64,000 nucleotides of DNA from Bacillota bacterium (GTDB lineage Bacteria > Bacillota_I > Bacilli_A > RFN20 > CAG-826): the NCBI GenBank assembly GCA_030834445.1, contig JAURFC010000001.1, forward strand, positions 150,544 to 214,543, written 5' to 3'. Position 1 is the stretch's first letter; each line of letters opens with the position of its first letter. Below, piece by piece: positions 48,553 to 58,482 of this stretch. The notes beneath the pieces are model-generated. The model was not told the DNA's origin. It ran no database searches and was given only the letters and a program-made list of their open reading frames with translations. Made by a program: the position numbers and the translations under genes.

Positions 48553-50010
48553 ATGCCAGAATTACCGGAAGTAGAAACTGTTGTTCGCCTCTTAAGAAAA
48601 CGTATTGTTTCTGCGCGTTTAATCCGTTCAGCGTGGCGCGTGCCTTCGATGGTAAAAGGAACCATTCCGTTTTTTAAAACAACCTTTGAAAGTCACTCCA
48701 TTCACGATGTTACCCGACGAGGAAAATACATTCTCATTCATTTTGATCATGGTTGGACCCTGGTTTCCCATCTCAGAATGGAAGGAAAATATGTTGAAAA
48801 AAATGAGGCACATCTGCCAATCTCAAAATTTGCGCATGTGTCATTTTATTTTCAAGATGGGCGCCGGTTTGATTATGAAGATGTGCGAAAGTTTGGCACC
48901 TTTGAAGCCGTTGAAACGTCGCACTATGAATCCTTACCCTGTTTACATCAGTTAGGACCCGAACCTTTTGATATTCACGACCGTAAGGCCTTTTATCCAC
49001 GTATTCAACGTTCTCAGCGTCCGATTAAATCAATTCTTCTTGATCAAACCATTTTGAGTGGTTTGGGAAATATTTATGTCGATGAAACCTTATTTGCGGC
49101 CCGTATTCATCCCTTAACCCTAGGCTCTCGCATATCGGACCATCAGATTGATGCGATTCTCGATCACAGTCAACGCATTTTAAACGATGCGATTGCCGAT
49201 GGGGGCACGCGAATTCGTAGTTATGCATCGGGGGAAAACATTGATGGCCGATTCGTATTAAAAATTCAAGCGTATCAGCGAACGGGTCAACCGTGTTCAC
49301 GATGTCAGCATCGGATCGCCCGCATCACGGTGGGAGGGCGAGGAACCCATTTTTGTCCACGTTGTCAACATGATCCACGCTATCCGTATGTCATTGGGAT
49401 TACAGGGTCGATGGCGAGTGGAAAAACTACGTTATTAAACCAATTAGCCTCAAAAGGTCTTGCCACCTTATCCGCTGATGCGATCGTCAAAAAACTCTAC
49501 CAAAAAAGAACGATTCAAACGCAACTTCAACGTTTGATAGGTCATGATGTGATTAAAGATAAAAACGTGGATTCTCAAAAACTTTTAGCATGGCTGATTC
49601 GTGATGTTCAACATGCCAAAAAACTCGAAGCATGGTTGCATCCGTTGGTATTAAAGCAAATCGATACGTGGTTACAAAAACAAAAAGGTGTTGTTGCCAT
49701 TGAAATCCCTCTTTTATTTCAAAGCGATGCCGATGTCTATTGCGACACGATTATCGCCGTAGAAACGAGTCAAGAAACCTTGCAAGACCGATTACAAAAA
49801 CGTTACCCGATGAATGATCTTGAACCCTACCTTTTATTAAATGAACGTAATGACTGGTTTAAATATCGCCCTTTTATCGACCATGTTTTTGAAAACAACG
49901 ACCGTCTTGAAGACTTCCTAGCTTCCATTCATCAATGGTATCAGGATCTTATAACGGCGTTGCCGGGGCAAGATAATGGTGGTTTTCAAACGACTCCAGT
50001 AGCGAAATAA
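48553..50010 (+). CDS. Fused formamidopyrimidine-DNA glycosylase (Fpg/MutM) - dephospho-CoA kinase (CoaE) ORF
   Basis: N-terminus MPELPEVETV (catalytic Pro2/Glu3), H2TH region, zinc finger C-x2-C-x16-C-x2-C, directly followed in frame by the CoaE P-loop IGITGSMASGKTT. Confidence 0.8.
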   Translation: MPELPEVETVVRLLRKRIVSARLIRSAWRVPSMVKGTIPFFKTTFESHSIHDVTRRGKYILIHFDHGWTLVSHLRMEGKYVEKNEAHLPISKFAHVSFYFQDGRRFDYEDVRKFGTFEAVETSHYESLPCLHQLGPEPFDIHDRKAFYPRIQRSQRPIKSILLDQTILSGLGNIYVDETLFAARIHPLTLGSRISDHQIDAILDHSQRILNDAIADGGTRIRSYASGENIDGRFVLKIQAYQRTGQPCSRCQHRIARITVGGRGTHFCPRCQHDPRYPYVIGITGSMASGKTTLLNQLASKGLATLSADAIVKKLYQKRTIQTQLQRLIGHDVIKDKNVDSQKLLAWLIRDVQHAKKLEAWLHPLVLKQIDTWLQKQKGVVAIEIPLLFQSDADVYCDTIIAVETSQETLQDRLQKRYPMNDLEPYLLLNERNDWFKYRPFIDHVFENNDRLEDFLASIHQWYQDLITALPGQDNGGFQTTPVAK

Positions 50011-50854
50011 GTTGTTTTGCCTTCGGTTTTTGACTCGGGAAAATAGCGTATAAAACAAGAAGATCTTCTAATGAAAAACTTGAAATAATCAAAGTTGCTT
50101 TTTGATTATGAAGGCGTTGTTGTAATAAGGGTAACCATAAAAAATCACGTGTTTTATCAAGGGATGTTTCATCACCTAGCCGATCAAGAATGAGGACATC
50201 GAGTTTGAGAAGGCGTGTCCATTCCCGCGCAAACGCTTCGGGTTCGTCTTGTTTCATCGTTAACCAATCATTTGCCCGTTTCGCCACATCAATCATCCCA
50301 ATGGTTCCAATCTCATTGAGTGCAAATTTATAGGCAAACGTCGCTAGTGAAAAAGATTTTCCGGTGCGGGATGGTCCATAAATAAAGGCATTTTGATGAC
50401 GATATTGGGGGAAATTGATAAGGTAGCGGGCTAATGTTTGCCCTAATTCTTTTCGATGATGACGTTGACTGACTTCCGAGAAAAGATTGCCATCTTTCCA
50501 CGTATCAGGAAAATCTGCATAAAGTAACGACTGATTGACATTCAGTTGGGAAACAAGCATAGGGCAAGGACGCATGTAACGTTCAAGGAATCCCACTGCG
50601 TTCCTTTTCAACGCGACTTCATAATGGCCAGCGGGTTTAATGCATGATTTTTGATATTCACATTGAGCGATTTCTTGGTGGTTTTCTTGCATGGTAAGCA
50701 AAGTTGAAAGATGTTGTTCAATTTCTCGATTTGTCAACGAAAGAGATTGCATCACGGATTGAATATAAGCATCTTTTTTTAATGATTCAATCGCACGTTG
50801 AATGGCTTGATCACCATCCTCAAGCATGACATTTTGAGCGTCAATCTTTTTCAT
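49949..50854 (-). CDS. dnaI: Primosomal helicase loader DnaI
   Basis: AAA+ Walker A GPSRTGKSF with DnaI N-terminal helicase-binding region; 4-nt overlap with upstream dnaB. Confidence 0.85.
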   Translation of the reverse strand: MKKIDAQNVMLEDGDQAIQRAIESLKKDAYIQSVMQSLSLTNREIEQHLSTLLTMQENHQEIAQCEYQKSCIKPAGHYEVALKRNAVGFLERYMRPCPMLVSQLNVNQSLLYADFPDTWKDGNLFSEVSQRHHRKELGQTLARYLINFPQYRHQNAFIYGPSRTGKSFSLATFAYKFALNEIGTIGMIDVAKRANDWLTMKQDEPEAFAREWTRLLKLDVLILDRLGDETSLDKTRDFLWLPLLQQRLHNQKATLIISSFSLEDLLVLYAIFPSQKPKAKQLISLLESFENHHYLAPATPL

Positions 50855-52083
50855 TTGAGTGCCTTCAAGCGAGCTTCTAGCTCGGCATCATCGATTGGGG
50901 AATCTTGAGGTTTTGGTGGTGTCGTAGCATTCGGTTTTGGTGATGATTTATACGATTTTTTCCATTGATTTTCTACTTTTGCAATGTAATCAAGCGTATC
51001 AATCGCATGTTCAAGATGTTCGCGTCCTAAAGAGGCAGCAATTTTCAAGGTAATGGTTTTCGGTAGGGTGTTTTCATGGGTTCTTAAAACATGATCGATT
51101 AGGGCATTGATGACCGGATACGGTAAATGCATCGAAAAATAAAGTTCCGATACGAGTTTTAAATCCGGAGCAGAAGGGGTTGCTCCATGTTGTTTTTTTT
51201 GTAAAAACTCATACGGAGATAAGGTTTCCATCTCATTGATATCCACCGTACGGTCGGATGTCGCTTTTAAGAGTTTCTTTTGTTGACGTTGACGGACAAA
51301 GGGGAGACGTTTTTCTAAGGAAGCAAGACGTCCAAGTTCTTCAAATTGGATGTCTCCTGTCATCAAATTAGTCACATGGGGTGCAAGTAAAAGTTCACTT
51401 AATGCTAATTCATCAAGACCATACAGCGTCGCATAATCAATTAACGTTTTCATGTGCGGTTCAAAGACGGTGACGGGTACATCCATTTGGCGGAGGTGTT
51501 CAAGGAAACTGACTTGATCAAAAGGTTTACGAATCGAAGACGTTTTTCGTCCTAAAAGTCCACTTGTTGATGCGGTTGCAAACAAGGGATTATCGAGGTT
51601 GGGGTGAAACACTTCACCAAATGAGGCAGAAACATTTTCTGTGGTCTTTTCCTCGATGGGTTGTAAATAAACATCCTTGATTTGTTGGGTGGCTTTTTCA
51701 CCAATTTGTATGGCTAACATTCCTGACAAGAGCGGATCTGCAAAAAATTCTGCAACCGATTTTGGTGCGTATAGAAGAAAGGAAAACGACGCTTGTTCAC
51801 CGAGTTTTTGACGATGGGTTTGCAGTAATCCAACCGCTTCTAAACGGCTACGAGCATGATGTAATTGCGTCAAATTTAAGTCCGTTAACGTTAATAAATG
51901 GTCAATCGGTGAAAGGTCACCAAACGTTTGCATCGTTTCATGTACTTTTAAGGTTAGATAAAGTGCCGTTGCTTCCACCCCAATAAAAGGTTGATAGAGT
52001 AACACTAAAAAGCGATCATCCAAATCCGAAATAATCGATTTTTGGCGAATTTCATAAAAATCTTTGGAACGTATTTGTACCAT
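50851..52083 (-). CDS. dnaB: Replication initiation / membrane attachment protein DnaB (Firmicute DnaB/DnaD family)
   Basis: 410 aa with DnaD-like domains, immediately upstream of dnaI as in Bacillus. Confidence 0.75.
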   Translation of the reverse strand: MVQIRSKDFYEIRQKSIISDLDDRFLVLLYQPFIGVEATALYLTLKVHETMQTFGDLSPIDHLLTLTDLNLTQLHHARSRLEAVGLLQTHRQKLGEQASFSFLLYAPKSVAEFFADPLLSGMLAIQIGEKATQQIKDVYLQPIEEKTTENVSASFGEVFHPNLDNPLFATASTSGLLGRKTSSIRKPFDQVSFLEHLRQMDVPVTVFEPHMKTLIDYATLYGLDELALSELLLAPHVTNLMTGDIQFEELGRLASLEKRLPFVRQRQQKKLLKATSDRTVDINEMETLSPYEFLQKKQHGATPSAPDLKLVSELYFSMHLPYPVINALIDHVLRTHENTLPKTITLKIAASLGREHLEHAIDTLDYIAKVENQWKKSYKSSPKPNATTPPKPQDSPIDDAELEARLKALK

Positions 52084-52167
52084 AATATTGATTATAAATC
52101 ATACCACATTTTCTTTCACTTTTCCTAGTTAAAATTGAGAAGTTTTCATTGAAATCAATGGGATGTT

Positions 52168-53007
52168 TTGATACGATTAATGCGAATAAAAAGTATGACA
52201 CATTACATGTTAGATGGTTATGGTGTCTCCGCATCCTTGCCCCTTGGTCAAGCGGACTTTGTGAATGAAACATTGAATCGTATTTTATTAGAACTTCATT
52301 TAACTCCTATTTCCCCTGCCTTTTTACTCCCTTATGACTATGGTTTAGTGCCCGTTGATGATGGTTTATCGAGTTTCATCTTTCTTAAGGGTGGACATGC
52401 TACCATTCATACGTTTCCCCTTCGCAGTGTTTATTTTGTTGATATTTTTAGTCAAGATCCACTTGATAAAGAACAAGTTACGCAAGTTTTTCAAACCTTT
52501 TTACCGTTCAATCAAGCATTGTCTCGTTCTTTTTCTGTACAACGTAATCGTCCTGTTAAATCCGAAAAATTTAATTCTAACGAGGTATTTGGGCCTCACG
52601 TTTTAGCACGTTTTAATCCACAACGTAATTTAAGTCTTGAAGAAGCTAACCGGTTTTTAGAAGGTCTCATCGCCGACATTGGGATGACGCCAATTACTCG
52701 AAGTTTTTCGCTTTTAGATCGTTATCAAAATCCCCAATTTTTATCGAGCATCGTTATGATTGCCGAATCGCATTTATCGATTCACCAAGATTTAAAAACC
52801 CATCAGGTTTGGTTTGATATTTTCTCCTGCAAGATGTTTGATTATGCTTCCGTAGAAGCATTATTAACCCATGCGTTTGGTCACGTGGATTATTTATCCA
52901 CCATTCCTCGAGGGCAAAAGCATGATGAACGTTCCACCCACCTCACAAATCCTAAAAAATTAGATGAACACACGAAGAAAGCTTTGAATGTATGGAAAAA
53001 CAAATAA
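52168..53007 (+). CDS. Tandem-duplicated S-adenosylmethionine decarboxylase-like (pyruvoyl-enzyme) protein; the start could be 52195
   Basis: Two SpeD/SpeH-class-1-like halves: residues about 10-125 (…FLKGGHATIHTFP…VDIFS) and about 140-270 (…IAESHLSIHQDL…FDIFSCKMFD…IPRG). Only the second half has the ES proenzyme cleavage motif. Confidence 0.65.
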   Translation: MIRLMRIKSMTHYMLDGYGVSASLPLGQADFVNETLNRILLELHLTPISPAFLLPYDYGLVPVDDGLSSFIFLKGGHATIHTFPLRSVYFVDIFSQDPLDKEQVTQVFQTFLPFNQALSRSFSVQRNRPVKSEKFNSNEVFGPHVLARFNPQRNLSLEEANRFLEGLIADIGMTPITRSFSLLDRYQNPQFLSSIVMIAESHLSIHQDLKTHQVWFDIFSCKMFDYASVEALLTHAFGHVDYLSTIPRGQKHDERSTHLTNPKKLDEHTKKALNVWKNK

Positions 53008-53969
53008 AAAAATCTTTAGGGATTGGTATTCTCACCTCGGGTGGAGATTCCCCAGGTATGAATGCAGCCATTCGCGCCGTTATTCGTTCCGGCCTTCGCG
53101 ATGGGCACCGTATGTTTGCTATTTACAATGGCTATCGAGGTCTTGTCGCAGGTCAAATCGAGCAAGTTGACCGTTCGTTTGTCTCACAGACAATTAATCG
53201 CGGTGGTACCATTCTTCGATCAGCCCGTTTACCCGAATTTGTCAAAGAATCAGTCCAACTCAACGCCATCGAACAACTTAAACGTTTTGGAATTGATGCC
53301 CTTGTCGTCATTGGTGGCGATGGGACATATCGTGGCGCAAAAGATCTCTCGCAACGTGGCATAAACTGTATTGGATTACCAGGCACGATTGATAATGATA
53401 TTGCCTCCACGGATTATACGATTGGTTTTGATACAACCCTGAATACCATTGTTCAAGCGGTCGATAAATTACGGGATACGACATTCTCCCATCAACGCTG
53501 TTCCATCATTGAAGTCATGGGGAATCGCTCCGGTGATTTAGCTGTGCATGCTGGTTTAGCCTGTGGAGCAGAGCTTGTCATTTCCAGTGAACATCTTCTC
53601 CCGATGGATGACGTAATCGCGCGCTTAAAATTTCAAAAAGACTCCTCAAAAAACCATGCGATGATGATTGTCAGTGAAAAGTTATTTGATTTGAATGAAC
53701 TTGCAACCTTAATTGCCGCAAAAACCGGTTTTGAAGTGCGCACCGAAGTGTTAGGTCGCATCCAACGCGGCGGTTCTCCTTCTGCTTTTGATCGTATTCT
53801 TGCCACGCGAATGGGAGATTATGCCATTCACTGCCTTAATCTTGGAAAATCCAGTCGTTGTATTGGGGTTCGTGGAAACACGTTAATTGATCTTGATATC
53901 GATGAAGCCCTCACGCTTCCACGTCAACCCGCAGACCATATTGTCGGTGTCATCGACCGCGTGAAATGA
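52992..53969 (+). CDS. pfkA: ATP-dependent 6-phosphofructokinase
   Basis: GILTSGGDSPGMNAAIR and GGDGT motifs. Confidence 0.95.
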   Translation: MEKQIKKSLGIGILTSGGDSPGMNAAIRAVIRSGLRDGHRMFAIYNGYRGLVAGQIEQVDRSFVSQTINRGGTILRSARLPEFVKESVQLNAIEQLKRFGIDALVVIGGDGTYRGAKDLSQRGINCIGLPGTIDNDIASTDYTIGFDTTLNTIVQAVDKLRDTTFSHQRCSIIEVMGNRSGDLAVHAGLACGAELVISSEHLLPMDDVIARLKFQKDSSKNHAMMIVSEKLFDLNELATLIAAKTGFEVRTEVLGRIQRGGSPSAFDRILATRMGDYAIHCLNLGKSSRCIGVRGNTLIDLDIDEALTLPRQPADHIVGVIDRVK

Positions 53970-53978
53970 GGAAAACGT

Positions 53979-55436
53979 ATGCAGTTTCGAATTGATAAAA
54001 AAACAAAAATTGTCGCGACCATTGGTCCCGCATCCCATGACTACCCGACCTTTTTGAAATTGATTGAAGCAGGGATGAACGTCATGCGTGTTAACTTTTC
54101 GCATGGTGATTACGCTTCCCATCTTGAAAAAATCAACTTGGCCCGTCGCGTGGAACAAGAACACGGCATTCACATTCCTGTGATTCTTGATTCACGAGGT
54201 CCAGAAATTCGCGTGGGTCAATTTGAAGAAGGCGCTGCCTTTATCGAACAAGATGCCCTCGTTCGTGTTTCCATGACACCCCTGTTAGGCAATGCCATAC
54301 GCTTTTCAGTTTCCTATCCGGGATTGTTTGATGATGTCAAAGTCGGCGATGCGTTAAAAATTGATGATGGCAACCTCGCCTTGAAAATCATCGAAAAAGA
54401 TTCTAAAACCAATGAATTAGTATGCAAAGCGATGAATTCGCATACAATTAAAAATCGCAAAGGACTCAACGCACCGTTTGCGCGTTTATCGATGCCGTTT
54501 ATTTCCGAACAAGATGAAGCCGACTTAAAATTCGGATGTGAGCATAATGTTGATTACATCGCGGCTAGCTTTACGCGTCGTCGTCAAGATGTATTAGATA
54601 TTAAAGCGATTCTCGCCAAATATGGGAAGCCTAACATCCAAGTGATTGCGAAAATTGAAAACCCAGAAGGCGTCTCGAATTTAGAAGAAATTTTAGATGT
54701 CGCCGATGGTATCATGGTCGCGCGTGGCGATCTCGGTGTGGAAATTGCTGCCGAACAAGTGCCAATTGTACAAAAACGCATTATTACGATGTGCCGAAAA
54801 GTGGGTAAACCGGTCATTACCGCTACCCAAATGCTCGATAGTATGGTGAGCATGCCCCGTCCCACTCGCGCGGAAGTGAGTGATGTCGCAAACGCTATCT
54901 TAGAGTCCACCGATGCCGTCATGCTCTCTGCAGAATCTGCTTCTGGTAAATACCCCATTGAAGCCACCGCAATGCAAGCAAACATTGCCGCCACCATGGA
55001 AAAAGAATTAAATTACGTTCAAATGTCATCCCAAGCCTTTGAAAATTCTCGCAAAGTTAATTCTGACGCCATCGCGAACTCGGTTGCCAATACTGCCTTT
55101 TTAATTAATGCCGATGCCATAGTTACGTTTACCGAAACGGGGGGAGCGGCCCGACGTATTGCCAAAGCCCGTCCGTATTGTCCAATTATTGCAATTAGTG
55201 ATCGTAAAGAAACCGTGCTTTCATTAGGTTTAGTTTGGGGTGTTTACAGTTACTATGCATCTTCTTTACCGCAATTTATTGAGGAAATGGAAGCCTTTGC
55301 CATTTTAAAAGCACGGCAACTCGGGTTAAAACCTGGTGCCCATATTTTACTCGCAGGCGGAGTTCCTACGGGCGTAGGTTCCACCAACTTCATGAAAATT
55401 CTCACCTTAAAAGAACTTAATCAAACCACGTTATGA
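53979..55436 (+). CDS. pyk: Pyruvate kinase (no C-terminal PEP-utilizer extension)
   Basis: 485 aa with PK barrel and C-domain motifs (MVARGDLGVE, K-site). Confidence 0.95.
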   Translation: MQFRIDKKTKIVATIGPASHDYPTFLKLIEAGMNVMRVNFSHGDYASHLEKINLARRVEQEHGIHIPVILDSRGPEIRVGQFEEGAAFIEQDALVRVSMTPLLGNAIRFSVSYPGLFDDVKVGDALKIDDGNLALKIIEKDSKTNELVCKAMNSHTIKNRKGLNAPFARLSMPFISEQDEADLKFGCEHNVDYIAASFTRRRQDVLDIKAILAKYGKPNIQVIAKIENPEGVSNLEEILDVADGIMVARGDLGVEIAAEQVPIVQKRIITMCRKVGKPVITATQMLDSMVSMPRPTRAEVSDVANAILESTDAVMLSAESASGKYPIEATAMQANIAATMEKELNYVQMSSQAFENSRKVNSDAIANSVANTAFLINADAIVTFTETGGAARRIAKARPYCPIIAISDRKETVLSLGLVWGVYSYYASSLPQFIEEMEAFAILKARQLGLKPGAHILLAGGVPTGVGSTNFMKILTLKELNQTTL

Positions 55437-56287
55437 GCTATATCATTGCATTAGATATTGGTGGAACGAATTGTCGCGTAGCGCTCGTCAATGCGTCGTA
55501 TCAAATTGAGGCGATTCATATTGTTGACACCCTTGTCGGAGATAAACAGGCTTTTCTTCAACAAGTTGCAGACGCGATTCGCCGGTTTGAACATCATTTT
55601 CCCGAAGTCCTTGCTTTATCCATTGGGGTTCCGGGTCGGGTGGATAGTCAAGAACATATTGCCATTTTACCGAACATCAAAATTACCGATGTCCCCTTAA
55701 AAACGTATCTTGAAACTCAATTTCACAAACCGGTTTTTATTCGTAATGACGCCGTCATGGCGGCATTAGCTGAAGCGAATTTAGGGTATGGTAAAGCACG
55801 ACCTTCGACGTATTTTATGACAATTTCTACCGGGATTGGTGGGGCGTTTGTTCGCAATCATGAATTAACCTTTAGTTCGGAAGAAATCGGGCATATGCTC
55901 GTCCCGTATCAAGGTCGCTTTATCGAACTCGAACAACGGGGTAGTGGGACCGGCATTGTTGCATTAGCGAAAGATCATGGTTTAACGGTAGATTCCTCAC
56001 GAACCTTTTGGCAACTTGTCGCGATGAAAAAACCAGAAACAAAACCTGTTTATGATACCTGGCTTGCCATCATGAAACACACCCTCCTTTATATCGATAC
56101 GTATTTTCAACCGGACATTTATGTTTTTTCCGGCGGGGTGATGCGTAATGAAGCCTACTTCTTCCATGACTTTAAAGCGTTATTACCCAATCGGGAACTG
56201 GTCATCGCCCAATTAGGCCAAGATGCAGGGATTTTAGGTGCGGCTTATCTTGGCTTTTCATTGACACAATCGACCAAGTCTTTATAA
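55433..56287 (+). CDS. ROK-family sugar kinase (glucokinase-like)
   Basis: N-terminal ALDIGGTNCRVALV ATP-binding motif and ROK signature; 284 aa. Confidence 0.7.
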   Translation: MSYIIALDIGGTNCRVALVNASYQIEAIHIVDTLVGDKQAFLQQVADAIRRFEHHFPEVLALSIGVPGRVDSQEHIAILPNIKITDVPLKTYLETQFHKPVFIRNDAVMAALAEANLGYGKARPSTYFMTISTGIGGAFVRNHELTFSSEEIGHMLVPYQGRFIELEQRGSGTGIVALAKDHGLTVDSSRTFWQLVAMKKPETKPVYDTWLAIMKHTLLYIDTYFQPDIYVFSGGVMRNEAYFFHDFKALLPNRELVIAQLGQDAGILGAAYLGFSLTQSTKSL

Positions 56288-56289
56288 TA

Positions 56290-56525
56290 AAAGTTAGCCA
56301 TGATGAAGCCATGGTGAAGGTGCCATCCTTCAAGAAAGAAAGAGTCGCCGTGATGAAAACTCTTTTATGGTTTGTCCCTTCATTACCCCTTCGGAGCTAT
56401 TGAAACTCAATTCAATCGTGACCTCGCGTTAAGAGGCTTGAAGCGTATCCGTACGGATACGAAATTAAGGTGGTACCACGCACACCCGCGTCCTTATCGA
56501 GGGTGTTTTTTTATTTCAAGGAGAA
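56290..56525 (+). promoter_or_regulatory. T-box riboswitch leader of thrS
   Basis: AAATTAAGGTGGTACCACGC T-box motif followed by terminator CACCCGCGTCCTTATCGAGGGTG+T9 and RBS GGAGA before the ATG at 56531. Confidence 0.85.
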
Positions 56526-56530
56526 AAAAT

Positions 56531-58447
56531 ATGCCAACACTCATGTTCCCTGATGGTCAGTCCAAAACGTTTGCCCCCGGCACAACAGGTTTTGATGTCG
56601 CCTCCAGCATCTCTCCAAACCTAGCAAAACGGGTTCTTGCTTATGCCCTTGATGAGCAACTTTATGATCTTCATTGGCCCGTCCCTCACGATGGTTCGAT
56701 TCAACTGATTACCGAAAAAGATCTTCGGGCGTTGATGATGCTTCGTCATGATGCTTCCCATCTTCTTGCCCAAGCGATTACGCAACTGTATCCAGGAACA
56801 CTCTTTGGGGTAGGTCCAGCGATTGAGGAAGGTTTTTATTACGATATGGACCTACCTCATCCGCTTTCGGAAGAAGATTTTCCTCAAATCGAAGCGACGA
56901 TGCACGAACTTGCCAAGAAAGCATTCCCCATTACGCGGCAAGAAATTAGCAAAGAAGAAGCCTTAAAACGCTTTAAACATGACCCGTACAAAACCGAACT
57001 CATTCAAGCCCTTGAAGGCACCATTTCCATCTACTCTCAAGGTGATTTTACGGATTTATGTTTAGGACCTCATTTTCCCAATACAAGTTATAATCAACAT
57101 TTTAAATTGCTTACCACTGCGGGTGCGTACTGGCGAGGTGACAGTAAAAACAAACAATTAACCCGTATTTATGGCACGGCTTTTTTCTCGGCCAGTGATT
57201 TAGCAAACCACCTTCATTTACTCGAAGAACGGAAAAAACGCGATCACCGAAAATTAGGCAAAGAACTTGGTTTATTTATGATGTCGGATTTTGGACCAGG
57301 TTTTCCTTTCTGGCTTGATAAAGGAATGCAAGTAAGAAAAACGCTAGAAAACTTTTGGATGACCATTCACCGTCAAGCGGGTTATCAACTCGTGCAAACG
57401 CCCACCATGCTTTCCAAAGAATTGTGGGAAACCTCTGGTCACTGGCACAACTATAAAGAAAACATGTATGTATCAGAAGTCGACGATCGTGAATTCGCGA
57501 TTAAACCCATGAATTGCCCGGGGAGTATGCTCGTTTATAAAAATGGATTTTATTCCTATAAAGACTTACCTATTCGTATGGGTGAACTTGGTAACGTCCA
57601 CCGTCATGAAGCCTCTGGGGCGTTATCAGGGTTATTCCGAGTCCGTAATTTCACCCAAGATGATGCTCATATTTATTGCACGCCGGAACAACTCGCTGAG
57701 GAAGTCCAACGCATCGTTCGCTTGTTTGACTTCTTCTACACAAACGTATTCCATCTTGAATATGATGTGTATTTATCAACCCGTCCGGAAGAAAAATACA
57801 TCGGAAGTCTTGCGACATGGGAAGCTTCCGAAAAAGCATTAGGGGATGCGTTAACGGCGATGGGGAAAACCTTTACTGTTAATCCCGGCGATGGTGCCTT
57901 TTACGGACCCAAGCTCGATTTCAAACTTAAAGATTCGGTGGGGCGTACCTGGCAATGTGGGACGGTGCAACTCGATATGAACAATCCCGAACGGTTTGAT
58001 TTAACGTATATCAATGAAAAAAATGAAAAAGTTCGTCCCATCATGTTACACCGCGTGGTCTATGGTTCTTTAGAACGCTTTATCGGTATTTTGATTGAAC
58101 ATTACGCCGGTGCATTCCCCACCTGGTTAGCCCCGGTTCAAATCAAACTTCTTCCGGTGCATCTTGACTTCCATGCCGTCTATACCCACGAGGTTGAAGC
58201 TGTGTTAAAAGCAGCAGGTATTCGTGTGGAAAAAGATGAAAGTCCAGAAAAACTTGGTTATCGCATTCGTCAAGCTCAAGTTGAAAAAATTCCCTTCTCC
58301 ATCGTCATTGGGGATAAAGAACGCGATCAACGCCTCGTCACCTATCGTCGCTATGGCGAAGAAAAACAAGTCACGGTTTCGCTGGATGAATTTGTGACCT
58401 TAATTCGTCAAGAAATCGATGCCATCTTACAATTACGATTGGATTAA
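56531..58447 (+). CDS. thrS: Threonine--tRNA ligase (start re-called to MPTLMFPDGQ; the ORF-track start lies inside the T-box leader)
   Basis: TGS domain N-terminus, class II core, anticodon-binding domain; 638 aa from 56531. Confidence 0.95.
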   Translation: MPTLMFPDGQSKTFAPGTTGFDVASSISPNLAKRVLAYALDEQLYDLHWPVPHDGSIQLITEKDLRALMMLRHDASHLLAQAITQLYPGTLFGVGPAIEEGFYYDMDLPHPLSEEDFPQIEATMHELAKKAFPITRQEISKEEALKRFKHDPYKTELIQALEGTISIYSQGDFTDLCLGPHFPNTSYNQHFKLLTTAGAYWRGDSKNKQLTRIYGTAFFSASDLANHLHLLEERKKRDHRKLGKELGLFMMSDFGPGFPFWLDKGMQVRKTLENFWMTIHRQAGYQLVQTPTMLSKELWETSGHWHNYKENMYVSEVDDREFAIKPMNCPGSMLVYKNGFYSYKDLPIRMGELGNVHRHEASGALSGLFRVRNFTQDDAHIYCTPEQLAEEVQRIVRLFDFFYTNVFHLEYDVYLSTRPEEKYIGSLATWEASEKALGDALTAMGKTFTVNPGDGAFYGPKLDFKLKDSVGRTWQCGTVQLDMNNPERFDLTYINEKNEKVRPIMLHRVVYGSLERFIGILIEHYAGAFPTWLAPVQIKLLPVHLDFHAVYTHEVEAVLKAAGIRVEKDESPEKLGYRIRQAQVEKIPFSIVIGDKERDQRLVTYRRYGEEKQVTVSLDEFVTLIRQEIDAILQLRLD

Positions 58448-58482
58448 TTGACATTTCTTCTACCTATGGTATAGTATTCAGG
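58448..58482 (+). promoter_or_regulatory. infC-operon promoter (TTGACA-N16-TGgTATAGT, extended -10)
   Basis: Consensus -35 with an extended -10 read directly. Confidence 0.65.

Noticed and set aside
56372-56530. ORF-track thrS start at 56372 (691 aa)
   Set aside because: The extension translates the T-box leader and terminator; the canonical ThrRS N-terminus and RBS are at 56531.
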